Shown one piece after another: positions 19,987-29,576 of a DNA stretch of 64,000 bases. The number at the start of each line of letters is the position of its first letter. The stretch's first letter is position 1. The notes under the pieces are model-generated. The model saw only the letters and a list, made by a program, of their open reading frames with translations, was not told the origin of the DNA and searched no databases. A program made the position numbers and the translations under genes. Origin of the DNA: a virus; the UHGV virus genome UHGV-0251519. One strand, given 5' to 3'.

Positions 19987-21090
19987 ATGGATCAAAATTC
20001 AGATAGTAACTTTGCCGCTTTAGAAGTTTTAAAGAAATCTAATGCTTTGCCTGAGTATTTAAAGGAATATGCTCCTGAACAAGAGTCATTTACTAAAATG
20101 GCTTCGACTTTATACGCAGACAGAGAGTTTAGAGAGTATCCGATTGACAATAAAGAAAATACTTTTTTATCGGCTTTATACTTCTTTACTAAAGGCGATC
20201 GTCAAAATAAAACGCTTGAATCTACACTTAAGCAAGCCTCTGAGTTTCATGGCATTGCGGACGATGTAAAACAAGCATTAAAAGTTTTGATCAACTATAC
20301 TGAAGGCGATACTCGTAAGTATGCAAATGAATCATCGAAAGAACCGGCTGCAGCATTTGCGTATACGACCAAATGCGCCGGATTCTTTCCGATAGATACG
20401 CCTGCAAATATAGAAAGTTCCAGTAACGCATTGGCTGAAGCAAAATGGAAACTGCCTGCGAATGTCTATGTGCATGCAGCGCGAAATATCGTTTCAGCAT
20501 ATGGCAAATTAAACGCTGAAGAAAAGAAATATGCGCACCTGAATGACACAGTAGCCAAAGACGGCAAGCTTTGGGTCATTGACGGAGAAAAAATGGTTGA
20601 ACTACTGTCTGATAGGCTCGAAAAAACAGCTAATCAAAAATATCAAATTATTAAAGATTATATTCAGGCGGACGCTTTAAACGAGCAAGATTGCTTAATG
20701 GAGTGTCAGGATTTAATTTATAATGTTGATAGAGAAACAGATAGATTAGATAAACAGTATTATAAGGAAGCGGCATTAAAATCCATTGGAGAAGAATGGG
20801 TCGCCAATCCGTATACGGATGTAAATTCGGAATTAAGTATGGATGAAGCTGTAGATTTTTGTAAGCATAATGTAAAGATTGCGCATGCTTTTATTCCTGT
20901 AGACGAAGTGAAAAGGCTAAAGGAACGCATTGTAGCTTATACGAACAATAAAACCGCTTCGCAGAATTTCTTTGACATTATAGAATCGGATGAAAAAGAT
21001 GCTATCAAACTTTCGGAACAAATTGCCAATAACGATAGTATCACTGAAGATTACCTAAATAATGTCTTGCATGTGATTTCTAAATCTTAA
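19987..21090 (+). CDS. Hypothetical protein, possibly virion/head-associated
   Basis: Two (Y/F)PID repeats; several K-x-A motifs. Confidence 0.55.
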   Translation: MDQNSDSNFAALEVLKKSNALPEYLKEYAPEQESFTKMASTLYADREFREYPIDNKENTFLSALYFFTKGDRQNKTLESTLKQASEFHGIADDVKQALKVLINYTEGDTRKYANESSKEPAAAFAYTTKCAGFFPIDTPANIESSSNALAEAKWKLPANVYVHAARNIVSAYGKLNAEEKKYAHLNDTVAKDGKLWVIDGEKMVELLSDRLEKTANQKYQIIKDYIQADALNEQDCLMECQDLIYNVDRETDRLDKQYYKEAALKSIGEEWVANPYTDVNSELSMDEAVDFCKHNVKIAHAFIPVDEVKRLKERIVAYTNNKTASQNFFDIIESDEKDAIKLSEQIANNDSITEDYLNNVLHVISKS

Positions 21091-21092
21091 AC

Positions 21093-21710
21093 ATGTCCAA
21101 TTCCAACGAAACAAACAACAAAAAACCAAAGCTTCAATTAGAGGCGGTATATAAAGCGTTAGAGGATCCTAATACTTTTGCTACGGTATTATTGACCATA
21201 TGTCTAATTCAATATGGCGAAGAAACATTTAAGGTGGATCCTTTAGTATTATTTGCGTGGCTGGAGGAAGATTTTGGCCTGGAATTAAATGAAGATAATC
21301 AAAACAAGTTAAACGCTATAATAACAGCCTTAATTACGGATTATTTTTACAATGATTTACAGACTTTTAAATCTATCTGTAAAACGCTTACAAGTGGAGA
21401 TCCTGGAATTGTAGAAACTGATTTGGATGCTGATGAAGTAACGGTGCCGGAAATTCTTTGGGGTATCTATGAGGTAAGTTTGTGTAATGACGATGAAGTA
21501 GTAAATACATATAAATTTAATAGCGTAATTAAAAGTTTTATTAACGTCGTTTTAAAAAATGAACCCATGGATCAAACTTTAGAGTTGAATCCTGAAGAAT
21601 TTAATATCATAAAACATAATTGTAATGAAATAAAACTGCAATTAATGAATTTGGGAATTAAAAATCTTCCTAAATTTCCAGAAATTGAAGTTAATACCGA
21701 TAGCGAGTAG
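21093..21710 (+). CDS. Hypothetical protein
   Basis: 205-aa ORF; stop lies inside tRNA-Pro. Confidence 0.6.
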   Translation: MSNSNETNNKKPKLQLEAVYKALEDPNTFATVLLTICLIQYGEETFKVDPLVLFAWLEEDFGLELNEDNQNKLNAIITALITDYFYNDLQTFKSICKTLTSGDPGIVETDLDADEVTVPEILWGIYEVSLCNDDEVVNTYKFNSVIKSFINVVLKNEPMDQTLELNPEEFNIIKHNCNEIKLQLMNLGIKNLPKFPEIEVNTDSE

Positions 21711-21778
21711 TAGCGCAATCTGGCTAGCGCATATGCTTTGGGAGCATAGGGTTGGGGGTTCAAATCCCTCCTACTCGA
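21704..21778 (+). tRNA. tRNA-Pro(UGG)
   Basis: Acceptor cgagtag/ctactcg; anticodon arm tatgc-tt-TGG-ga-gcata; T loop ttcaaat. Confidence 0.9.
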
Positions 21779-21880
21779 TTATTTTAAACCATCTATTTTT
21801 GAATTTCTCACGACTGCGGCAGCCAGTCCCCTAAGCTGCCCCCGCAGTTTTCGGTTTTCTCTGCGGGCTAACCCTTTAAC

Positions 21881-21956
21881 GCCAGCTTAGCTCAATTGGT
21901 AGAGCAACGCTCTTGTACAGCGAAGGTTGTCGGTTCAACCCCGACAGCTGGCTCCA
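21881..21956 (+). tRNA. tRNA-Thr(UGU)
   Basis: Acceptor gccagct/agctggc; anticodon loop ct-TGT-ac; T arm gtcgg-ttcaacc-ccgac; encoded CCA. Confidence 0.85.
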
Positions 21957-21989
21957 TTTTCTGTATTACAAAATAGCAAATATCTATCT

Positions 21990-22205
21990 ATGAAAAAGGA
22001 AGACAAAGAAACAACATTTATTGTAAGATTCTCACTTGAGCAATCAATTGTACAATATGGTCAAATAGAGATTCAAGCTTCTACAGATCAGGAGGCTATT
22101 GACAAGGTGAATAAAATGGAAGAAGATGGAGAGTTGGATGACCTATATGGCAGTCCGGATTACCTCACGGGGGATTTTTCTATAGACAACGTAGAAAAAC
22201 TTTAA
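21990..22205 (+). CDS. Small hypothetical protein (start re-called at ATG 21990)
   Basis: IEIQASTDQEAIDKV pattern common in small phage ORFs; track start lies inside tRNA-Thr. Confidence 0.55.
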   Translation: MKKEDKETTFIVRFSLEQSIVQYGQIEIQASTDQEAIDKVNKMEEDGELDDLYGSPDYLTGDFSIDNVEKL

Positions 22206-22208
22206 GCT

Positions 22209-22245
22209 GTCAACTACTCACTAGCTCGTCTATTGAGTAGTTGAC
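22209..22245. repeat. Perfect 12-bp inverted repeat resembling IS200/IS605 right-end termini
   Basis: gtcaactactca-N13-tgagtagttgac. Confidence 0.6.
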
Positions 22246-22323
22246 TAACAAATACATACAAAGGAAGAAACAGAGGAAGAGGCCGTTCTACCAGGTTATA
22301 AAATAGGCTGCCCTCACCTAAAC

Positions 22324-22360
22324 TAAAGCAACGGTTGTCGGTTCGAGCCTACAGCTGGCT
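22324..22360 (+). pseudogene. tRNA-Thr relic lacking the anticodon arm
   Basis: taaagcaac-ggttgtcggttcgagcctacagctggct aligns with tRNA-Thr minus 16 nt. Confidence 0.5.
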
Positions 22361-22393
22361 TTGTTTTTTTTGACTAAAAATAAAGGAATTATT

Positions 22394-22681
22394 ATGACAC
22401 TACTAAAAGAAGGAAGCACTTATTTAGCAAGCGTAGCTGAAAGGGAACTGTATTTCAAAAATAGAGACAATCGCAATAGTATTGTCATATATGTAGAAGT
22501 AAAGGTATTGCAAATAATTGAAGCCAATGAGCATGATCGTTATTATAAAGTCGAAATTCGGGATCCTGAAGGTTCTACTGTAGCACATTGGCTGCCTGAA
22601 GAAGTTTTCGTTCCTAAGAGATGGCTTCCTGGTGAAGACGCTAGATTTAGTCGCATTGAAATCATAAAGGAACTTGAATGA
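22394..22681 (+). CDS. Hypothetical protein, tandem paralog A (start re-called)
   Basis: Shares TYLA..YVE..VL..YYK.EIR.P.G..HW.PEE.F..RIEII with the next ORF. Confidence 0.65.
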   Translation: MTLLKEGSTYLASVAERELYFKNRDNRNSIVIYVEVKVLQIIEANEHDRYYKVEIRDPEGSTVAHWLPEEVFVPKRWLPGEDARFSRIEIIKELE

Positions 22682-22989
22682 ATAAACTACCAGCAGAAGA
22701 CGTAACCTATTTGGCGTGTATATGGGAGAAACTACACGCCGACAGGGATTTAGTCTTATCTCAAAGATACGTGGAAATAACGGTATTGCGAGTATTTAAA
22801 GCAAGCAGTGGACAGTGCTATTACAAAATCGAAATTAGGAATCCTAAAGGTTTTACGGAGCATTGGGTGCCTGAAGAAATTTTCTCTAAGTATACACTCA
22901 CCAATGAAAATCAATTTAAGAGAATTGAAATCATCGATGAACTACCTTCACCTAAACTGAAGCAACGGTTGTATTTCGATTCCGAATAA
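22678..22989 (+). CDS. Hypothetical protein, tandem paralog B
   Basis: Paralog of 22394-22681; overlaps the TerL-C 3' end. Confidence 0.65.
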   Translation: MNKLPAEDVTYLACIWEKLHADRDLVLSQRYVEITVLRVFKASSGQCYYKIEIRNPKGFTEHWVPEEIFSKYTLTNENQFKRIEIIDELPSPKLKQRLYFDSE

Positions 22990-24877
22990 TATTTCGCATA
23001 TCCCTACCGTATTTGAAATAATTTCGGAAAAGCTCCATGCCTACTTCGTCTTCAAATAAAGACTCACCTAATATAAGTTTTGCCAATACAGTAGCATAAT
23101 TTACCGCATGCAACATGTCGTCTGTTTTGGTTGCTGGTTTTGTATATAAAAATCCCGTTACGCCTTGCTGAGTTTCCCAGGGTACACGAGTTAAAACCAA
23201 GAAATCTTTTAGATATTCCATCGAATGTTCCCATCGGGGTGCACGTATACGGCTACCTTTTATATCCATAAATAAGGTCGTAATACTATCAGTGCGGTGC
23301 AAGGAATATAAATTAAACATTTCGGACTTTTTCGGTATGGAAAGAAATGTGCCTGTAGGTTTATATTTGAACATTATAACCTTTAGTGGGTCCATAAGTT
23401 TTTTAATTTCATTTGCGTATACAGCTCCTCCGCCATAGTCATTTGCTAAAGCATAACCTCCGAATTTATGATGATCATTGGCAATGCAATGGGTTATGTC
23501 ATCATAATCCATGCCTGCATATTTCTTCATGTGAATAATATCAAATTTTTTATCCGGAGTAACCCCGATAATGCAGTGTGCAGTATATGAAGCTTTGGAT
23601 CGCGCTGCGGGGTTATAGTCAGATCCTCCCCAGTCGCATCCGGAAACTTTAAAAATATATTTAGGAGGAACTGCTGAAATTGCTTGTTTTTGCACGTCAC
23701 GTGTGTCTCCTAAAATGCATATATTCTGCAAATCTCTGGTTGTTAATTCTTTGGTTCCAGATTCCGTGGCTTCGCCCAGATACTCTTCCAAGAAAGATTT
23801 TTTATCTGAAGATTGGGAAGCTTTATAGATATCCAAATATATAGATTGTTTTTCAGTATTTGCAGGAACGATAATTTGCGGAATATGGAATCCCCATAGT
23901 CCATACTTTAACATTTCCGGTGCTTCGAAATCCCAACAACCGTCACGGACATTTAAGACACGTCCGCATTTTAAACAGCATAATCCCTTGGGTTGAATCA
24001 TATCTAAAACATTATGATTTAAATCGGGATAATTGTCAAAATGGCAAGCAGGACATGTCATACGCCAAAGCCCCCTCGAAGATTCTAACCAACGTTGTTC
24101 CAAGGGAGTATCTACCGATTTAGATGTGCCGCCATATACGACTGACCTAAATTCGGAACGAGATTGGGTAGATTTAATAACACGCTCCAATGTGTCATCA
24201 AAATCTTGATATTCGTCAAAATTTATCCAATCGAAAGTAGGCGAACGCATCTTCGACGCATCGGAAAGAACATAATACATTCTATGCAAAGACATACGCG
24301 CTTTGCCATGGTCGTATTCCTTATAATAAAGATTTGTTTTAAACTTTGGATTACGTTTATTGGGTTGAAATCTGTAAGCCTGTTCAATTTCTTTGGATTT
24401 ATATCCCAATGTTCTTAACTGATCCATTCGGGGCACAATCGTCGCAATTCTTAAACCGGGAATAATACGACAATATAAATCGGCAGCCAATAGCATGTTA
24501 GTGGTATTATGACTTAAAATACCATTAGTAAAATAAGTATGAGAAGTGTCATTTTTTAATGTCACGTCATACATGGGAACCGCTGGACCATTTTGTTTAT
24601 CTACAGATATAATCTTAGAAGTACCCTCTTCTGTTACCACCGATTCATCCAGTGAATCCTTAGCATGAATCATTTGTCCATCTTTGGAAATAATCCCATG
24701 CGTATCTGCGCAATTTAATGTCTTATTATTGGCCGTCTTAATTTGCCAGACATCAAAAGGTATCGTTTTATGAATAATATCTATGTCTTCCCAGCCATTC
24801 GGAGTTTCTATCTGCCAATCTTCAATGGCGTAACTTTCGATAAATTTGGGATTTAAGGATTCAACTTTCTTGGACAT
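22952..24877 (-). CDS. terL: Terminase large subunit, C-terminal part, preceded by 124-aa split-intein C fragment
   Basis: Intein blocks TLNCADTH, MYDVTL, HTYFTNGILSHN then Thr+1; Walker B WINFDEYQD; Zn ribbon CPAC/CLKC; nuclease motifs GCDWGG, NDYGGG, DDMLHA. Confidence 0.88.
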   Translation of the reverse strand: MSKKVESLNPKFIESYAIEDWQIETPNGWEDIDIIHKTIPFDVWQIKTANNKTLNCADTHGIISKDGQMIHAKDSLDESVVTEEGTSKIISVDKQNGPAVPMYDVTLKNDTSHTYFTNGILSHNTTNMLLAADLYCRIIPGLRIATIVPRMDQLRTLGYKSKEIEQAYRFQPNKRNPKFKTNLYYKEYDHGKARMSLHRMYYVLSDASKMRSPTFDWINFDEYQDFDDTLERVIKSTQSRSEFRSVVYGGTSKSVDTPLEQRWLESSRGLWRMTCPACHFDNYPDLNHNVLDMIQPKGLCCLKCGRVLNVRDGCWDFEAPEMLKYGLWGFHIPQIIVPANTEKQSIYLDIYKASQSSDKKSFLEEYLGEATESGTKELTTRDLQNICILGDTRDVQKQAISAVPPKYIFKVSGCDWGGSDYNPAARSKASYTAHCIIGVTPDKKFDIIHMKKYAGMDYDDITHCIANDHHKFGGYALANDYGGGAVYANEIKKLMDPLKVIMFKYKPTGTFLSIPKKSEMFNLYSLHRTDSITTLFMDIKGSRIRAPRWEHSMEYLKDFLVLTRVPWETQQGVTGFLYTKPATKTDDMLHAVNYATVLAKLILGESLFEDEVGMELFRNYFKYGRDMRNIIRNRNTTVASV

Positions 24878-24902
24878 TTGCTAATAATCCAACAACAATA
24901 GT

Positions 24903-25157
24903 ATGCAATCTGCAAGGAAAAAATATATAATGGATATCGAAACTATTTTTAAAGATATTATGGAAAATTTGGATCAATATTCTTTAGAAACGCAAACTTT
25001 TATAAAACAAAAATATCTTCCACTGTTGAATCGTTGCAATCAAGTTGAACATTTTTTACAACAAACTGCAAATATTTGTCAGACTGAACCTGAACTACGC
25101 CGTTTTGGCAAGATACTTGCAGCAGAGCTAAAACGAATACAAGAACGCTATAGCTAA
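24903..25157 (+). CDS. Hypothetical protein
   Basis: 84-aa ORF. Confidence 0.5.
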   Translation: MQSARKKYIMDIETIFKDIMENLDQYSLETQTFIKQKYLPLLNRCNQVEHFLQQTANICQTEPELRRFGKILAAELKRIQERYS

Positions 25158-25205
25158 AACTATATAAATTACTAAATAGAAAATAACTAAAAGAAAGGAA
25201 ATATT

Positions 25206-25979
25206 ATGCCAAATTGGGCCAATACAAATATCATCTTTTTCAGCAATAATGAAAAACAATTACAAGAATTATATAGCGTAATTTTTTATCGTGCGCCTAA
25301 TGCTTATGAGGAGGACATAAAACCACTTTTAGATTCCAATTCTATAGGGAGCGGGTGGCTTGGTGCAATTCTTTATGAATTGAAAGAAATCAATTTAGAA
25401 CAAATTGATAAGAACAATATTCCTACAGATTTGCATTGCAGGGGTTGGGTGGAATTTGGTGTTGACAGTGAACTTGTTCCAGAAAGAATCCCTAATCCTT
25501 ATTTGCAAAAGGATAAACCAAGCTGGAGATTTGAAATTCTTACATATGATGCTTGGGAACCCAACATGAAAATGTGGGATTATATTATCAAAAAGCATTT
25601 TCCTGATGTTAAATTTGTTTATCGCAGTGAAGAAGGCGGCAATGGTTTTTATGTAAATTCAGATTATCTGCAATTCTATTTTGATGAGTATTGCATAGTT
25701 GATTTAACCATCGATTTCAATAATTATTCAGAATCAATCAAGAATATTTTTAAACCCTATGGTGCAACAGGAACCTGGGAACACTATGAATATTATAATT
25801 TTCAAGATTTTTGCGATTTCTTGAAGAGCAATTTTCGAGATCTTGGAGAAATCACAACTAAAGAAGATGCAGAGAAAGAAATCAAAAGAATAACCGATGC
25901 TTTTGCATCAGAGGATAATTCTGATTCTTGGTGCTATATTCACACATTTGAAACTCCTGAAATTAGGTATGGGCTCTGA
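25206..25979 (+). CDS. DUF1281/YubB ferredoxin-like family protein
   Basis: MPNW.N start; DAWEP; Y.SEEGG. Confidence 0.65.
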   Translation: MPNWANTNIIFFSNNEKQLQELYSVIFYRAPNAYEEDIKPLLDSNSIGSGWLGAILYELKEINLEQIDKNNIPTDLHCRGWVEFGVDSELVPERIPNPYLQKDKPSWRFEILTYDAWEPNMKMWDYIIKKHFPDVKFVYRSEEGGNGFYVNSDYLQFYFDEYCIVDLTIDFNNYSESIKNIFKPYGATGTWEHYEYYNFQDFCDFLKSNFRDLGEITTKEDAEKEIKRITDAFASEDNSDSWCYIHTFETPEIRYGL

Positions 25980-26460
25980 AAAAATAAACAACGAAGAAAT
26001 TATTAGCAAAGAACAATGGTTTGGTACTACCGTAGATCCAAATCAAATAGATGATTACGCAATATTTTACAAAGGCAAGTGGATATCTCTGCAAAACAAA
26101 GAACACTCAGAGAGATTCGAAGCTTTACGTGAAACTGCAGTTTATTATCCGGATATTTACAAATATAAATACAGAGGAGATTTAAAGTTTTTATTTACGA
26201 CTTACACATACCCCGACTTGGATAAGGATACTTTAGTATCAGAACAATGTCTAAGACGAGGTGTTGCAGGGTATTATGAAGCAAAGGAACAAACAATTTA
26301 CTTTGTTCCTGGATATAGAACGTATGAAGAACAAGATCTGCATACGTATGTTCCGGGACCTAAAATACTTACATTCAAATGCGATAGAATTATAGACGGC
26401 TATTTAGCTGTAAAAATGATTAACGAGGATTGGATAGAAAATTCACAAGACGTTTTTTAA
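25969..26460 (+). CDS. Hypothetical protein (start re-called at ATG 25969)
   Basis: Overlapping operonic ORF. Confidence 0.5.
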   Translation: MGSEKINNEEIISKEQWFGTTVDPNQIDDYAIFYKGKWISLQNKEHSERFEALRETAVYYPDIYKYKYRGDLKFLFTTYTYPDLDKDTLVSEQCLRRGVAGYYEAKEQTIYFVPGYRTYEEQDLHTYVPGPKILTFKCDRIIDGYLAVKMINEDWIENSQDVF

Positions 26461-26477
26461 AAATAGAAAGGAAAATT

Positions 26478-27275
26478 ATGCCAAATTGGGTACGCAATCA
26501 AATTATTTTTAAAACTAAAGAAGATTTAAATAAAGCGCTTGAGCTTTGTGGAATTGACATGAGTTTGCCGGAAAAAGAACCCAAAATGATGGATTTTGGA
26601 GTATTGGTTCCGATGCCAAAAATACTCAATCATCAATCCGTTTATTACAATTCGACATTACATCCTCGGTTGCTTGTAAATCCCGACTGGAGTAGTGCAG
26701 TTGAAAAGTTTTGTGAAAGCGGATGTATTAATAAAGATTCAGACGCAGATGAAGTAATCCCTGCGTTTATGGAATACTTAAAGAAGAGTGATAGTCCGTG
26801 TAAAGCAGAATCATTTACAAATGCACAACAACAAGAAATTATTGAAGCTGTTTGCAAAAAGTTATGTGATGGACATAAAGATTGGTACGATTGGTCTATT
26901 GCCAAATGGGGATGCAAGTGGAATGCCAATTTGGTTGCAGTAACCGATTATTCAATAGTATTTGATACGCCTTGGAACTATCCCGGAGCTTGGTTAGACG
27001 ATTTTGCAATGGCTGATCCAAGCTTAGACTTTTATGTTGCATGGGCAGATGAAGATATTTTTGGAGGTTTTTCGGGAATATTGCAACGCCTGGAAGTAAA
27101 TGAACTTCCGGAAGATGCATCTGCAAACATTGGTTTTGATAGCGACCTTATGGGATCAATGTTTAGCGATGCCTTATGGAATGGCTGGAACCAAATGTCT
27201 CCTAAATTTGAAGAATGGTGGACAGAAGCTTTTCCGAAGGATTCAGACTTTTCTTGGCAAAAATGGGAATACTAA
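26478..27275 (+). CDS. DUF1281/YubB ferredoxin-like family protein (start re-called)
   Basis: MPNWV.N; DF..LVPMP; WYDW..KWGCKWNA; FDTPW. Confidence 0.75.
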   Translation: MPNWVRNQIIFKTKEDLNKALELCGIDMSLPEKEPKMMDFGVLVPMPKILNHQSVYYNSTLHPRLLVNPDWSSAVEKFCESGCINKDSDADEVIPAFMEYLKKSDSPCKAESFTNAQQQEIIEAVCKKLCDGHKDWYDWSIAKWGCKWNANLVAVTDYSIVFDTPWNYPGAWLDDFAMADPSLDFYVAWADEDIFGGFSGILQRLEVNELPEDASANIGFDSDLMGSMFSDALWNGWNQMSPKFEEWWTEAFPKDSDFSWQKWEY

Positions 27276-27426
27276 ATTTAACTGTATTAGACAATATAAA
27301 AAATTATAGAGCTGAGAGATTTCTTAAAAGAGATAAATCGAAAGCTTTATATTTGGAAAAATGAGGCGAAGTCTCTGCAAGTTTTGTCAACCAAGCTAAC
27401 CGAAGAAGCTACAAAAAATCTATGCC

Positions 27427-27660
27427 ATGAGTAGAACAAGCAAAGATACGCCTAAGGCAAAACATGCTAAGTTGCTAAAAAGTGATGGCGGTGCCTTTTC
27501 TTGTGCAGACGTGCGGGATAATGGAAAGCCATTGGGATATTGGGACGAGACCGGTAGGTGCAATCGGTCCCGTCGCAATGCTCAAAAGCGAGGCTCTCAT
27601 CGCCGTAGAGCAATTTTAAAAAGAAGAATAAATCAAGAAATACGAAAGGAAATAAACTAA
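27427..27660 (+). CDS. Small Arg/Lys-rich protein
   Basis: MSRT.K...RRRA pattern. Confidence 0.55.
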   Translation: MSRTSKDTPKAKHAKLLKSDGGAFSCADVRDNGKPLGYWDETGRCNRSRRNAQKRGSHRRRAILKRRINQEIRKEIN

Positions 27661-27661
27661 G

Positions 27662-28393
27662 ATGAATATCGCAATTTACTGTGTAATAGCCATTTTAATA
27701 ACCATAGTAGGAGCTCTGCTTGGGATGGCATTAACTCTGTATGCGGTGCGTCCAATAATAATAGACTATAGACGCTCACTCAGCAAAAGAGACATAGAGG
27801 TATTAAACTATCCAAAAGCATCCGAGCACAAAGACGCAGACGACGACCAAGCTGTAGTTCAATATGATCAAGCTGAAGACTATGGTCGTATAAGCTTGGA
27901 TAAAAAACTAAAAATAAAATTTATAACAGAAGATAGACTTCTAAAGATGCAGGTTCTAGAGTTTTCTGGACTTTACTCATTTCAACCAGGTGGGTTTATA
28001 CGTCAAGGATTTGCTTCATATTTGGGGAAGGATATTGTCGCTTTAGGTGCACCAGGAGGAGTAGAAACTACTAGGTATTTTAAAAGTACCGCAGCTAGAA
28101 AACAATATCTAGCGAACATAGTAACGAGCATCACAAATGAACTCTTCACTCGCAAAGGTAAACCACTACCGTGGGAAGAATGTGAATTTCGTGATCATGA
28201 CACAGACGAGTGGATAAGGGCAATTTATGTCGGAACACTTCCAGAAAAAGGAAGAATGATTGGGGTGCATATGGCTTATGTTTCCCCTTTAGAAGTTCAG
28301 TTCTGGCAGCAAGTGCGTCCGCTGACTACAAGTGTACTTCCGACTGCAGAGACAAATGGAAATGAAATCACCTATACTTGGGAGGACAAATAA
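27662..28393 (+). CDS. LKI.F/YTWE family copy 1, with N-terminal TM anchor
   Basis: KKLKIKF..LKMQVLE..ITNELF..YTWEDK. Confidence 0.7.
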   Translation: MNIAIYCVIAILITIVGALLGMALTLYAVRPIIIDYRRSLSKRDIEVLNYPKASEHKDADDDQAVVQYDQAEDYGRISLDKKLKIKFITEDRLLKMQVLEFSGLYSFQPGGFIRQGFASYLGKDIVALGAPGGVETTRYFKSTAARKQYLANIVTSITNELFTRKGKPLPWEECEFRDHDTDEWIRAIYVGTLPEKGRMIGVHMAYVSPLEVQFWQQVRPLTTSVLPTAETNGNEITYTWEDK

Positions 28394-28395
28394 AT

Positions 28396-28917
28396 ATGAA
28401 GAAAAAGTTGAAGATTCAATTTTGGAAAGCTGAGAAAGGTTTAGTGATGCAAATTCTGGAGCAAGAGGGGTTGCCGAAAGAAAAAACGGACGGTTATGTT
28501 AGGATAAATGATTCGCCGGCATTGATTTCTGACAAGGTCGTCTGGCTTAGGGGGTATCTTCACTATGCAAATCTTAGATTAAACCCATTACACTTTGACA
28601 CCAACGCCGAGCGCGACGAGTATTTACAGAAGGTTGTCTCCGCTATCACGGACGAGCTTTTCACGGAAGGCGGAAGCGAAGGAGAATTGAAAATCGGTGA
28701 GATGTGCGAGGTGAGAAACTCTGAATCTAGTAAGTGGGAGAAAAGGAAGCTTATAGCGGTTCTTCCAGAACAATATGAAAAACGATTTATTACCGAAATG
28801 AAGGATTATACTACTGAGCACTATTCTTGGAGATACGCCCGTACAATTACCAAGCGTATCGAGCCTAAAATCGAGGAGTGCGGGAACGTAGTGAGATACA
28901 CTTGGGAGGAAAAATAA
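28396..28917 (+). CDS. LKI.F/YTWE family copy 2
   Basis: MKKKLKIQF..MQILEQEG..ERDEYL..GEMCEVR..YTWEEK. Confidence 0.75.
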   Translation: MKKKLKIQFWKAEKGLVMQILEQEGLPKEKTDGYVRINDSPALISDKVVWLRGYLHYANLRLNPLHFDTNAERDEYLQKVVSAITDELFTEGGSEGELKIGEMCEVRNSESSKWEKRKLIAVLPEQYEKRFITEMKDYTTEHYSWRYARTITKRIEPKIEECGNVVRYTWEEK

Positions 28918-28919
28918 CT

Positions 28920-29534
28920 ATGAAAACAAAAAGAATAGGATATAAAGCTACTTATAATTATAAATGTCAAGAACTTACTTATGAAATCGGTAAGACATAT
29001 AAAATTGACAATATTAAAATGTGCAATTATGGATTTCATTATTGTCCTAATATAAAAGATGTTTTAGAATATTATAAGGTATCGAAAGATTTAAAAATAC
29101 TTGAAATTGAAGATATAGGTACTGAAAGCATACAAAAATGGGATAAGGTATGCACTAATAAGATTAAAGTTCTAAGAGAGGTACCCATTAAAGAACATAA
29201 GTTGTTTAAAGTAGATAAAAATGGAAATAGTGTATATGAAAATCATTTTGATAAATATAAAAACTGGTATGAATATGACGATAAGGGAAATCTAATACAT
29301 GAAAAAGATCCTTTTGGGAATGAAAACTGGTATGAATATGACGATAAAGGAAATTTAATACATAAAAAATATTCTGATAAATATGAAAAATGGTATGAAT
29401 ATGATGATAATGGACATTTAATACATGTAAAAGATTCTAATAAATATGAAAAATGGTATGAATATGACGATAAAGGTAATTTAATTTCTCTGAAAGATAA
29501 TGTAAGTAAACATTATATTATAACAATTAAGTGA
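28920..29534 (+). CDS. Protein with GFH-C N-terminal domain and four 21-aa YD-like repeats
   Basis: YKA..YEIGKTY..CNYGFHYC; WYEYDD.G.LI at a 63-bp period (29265, 29328, 29391, 29454). Confidence 0.75.
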   Translation: MKTKRIGYKATYNYKCQELTYEIGKTYKIDNIKMCNYGFHYCPNIKDVLEYYKVSKDLKILEIEDIGTESIQKWDKVCTNKIKVLREVPIKEHKLFKVDKNGNSVYENHFDKYKNWYEYDDKGNLIHEKDPFGNENWYEYDDKGNLIHKKYSDKYEKWYEYDDNGHLIHVKDSNKYEKWYEYDDKGNLISLKDNVSKHYIITIK

Positions 29535-29576
29535 AAAAGTTTATTCAAAATTAAACATTGCATAATTTCTATAAAT

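Noticed and set aside
29260..29490. CRISPR-like periodic repeats
   Set aside because: 63-bp in-frame coding repeats with synonymous variation and related intervening sequence; no cas operon
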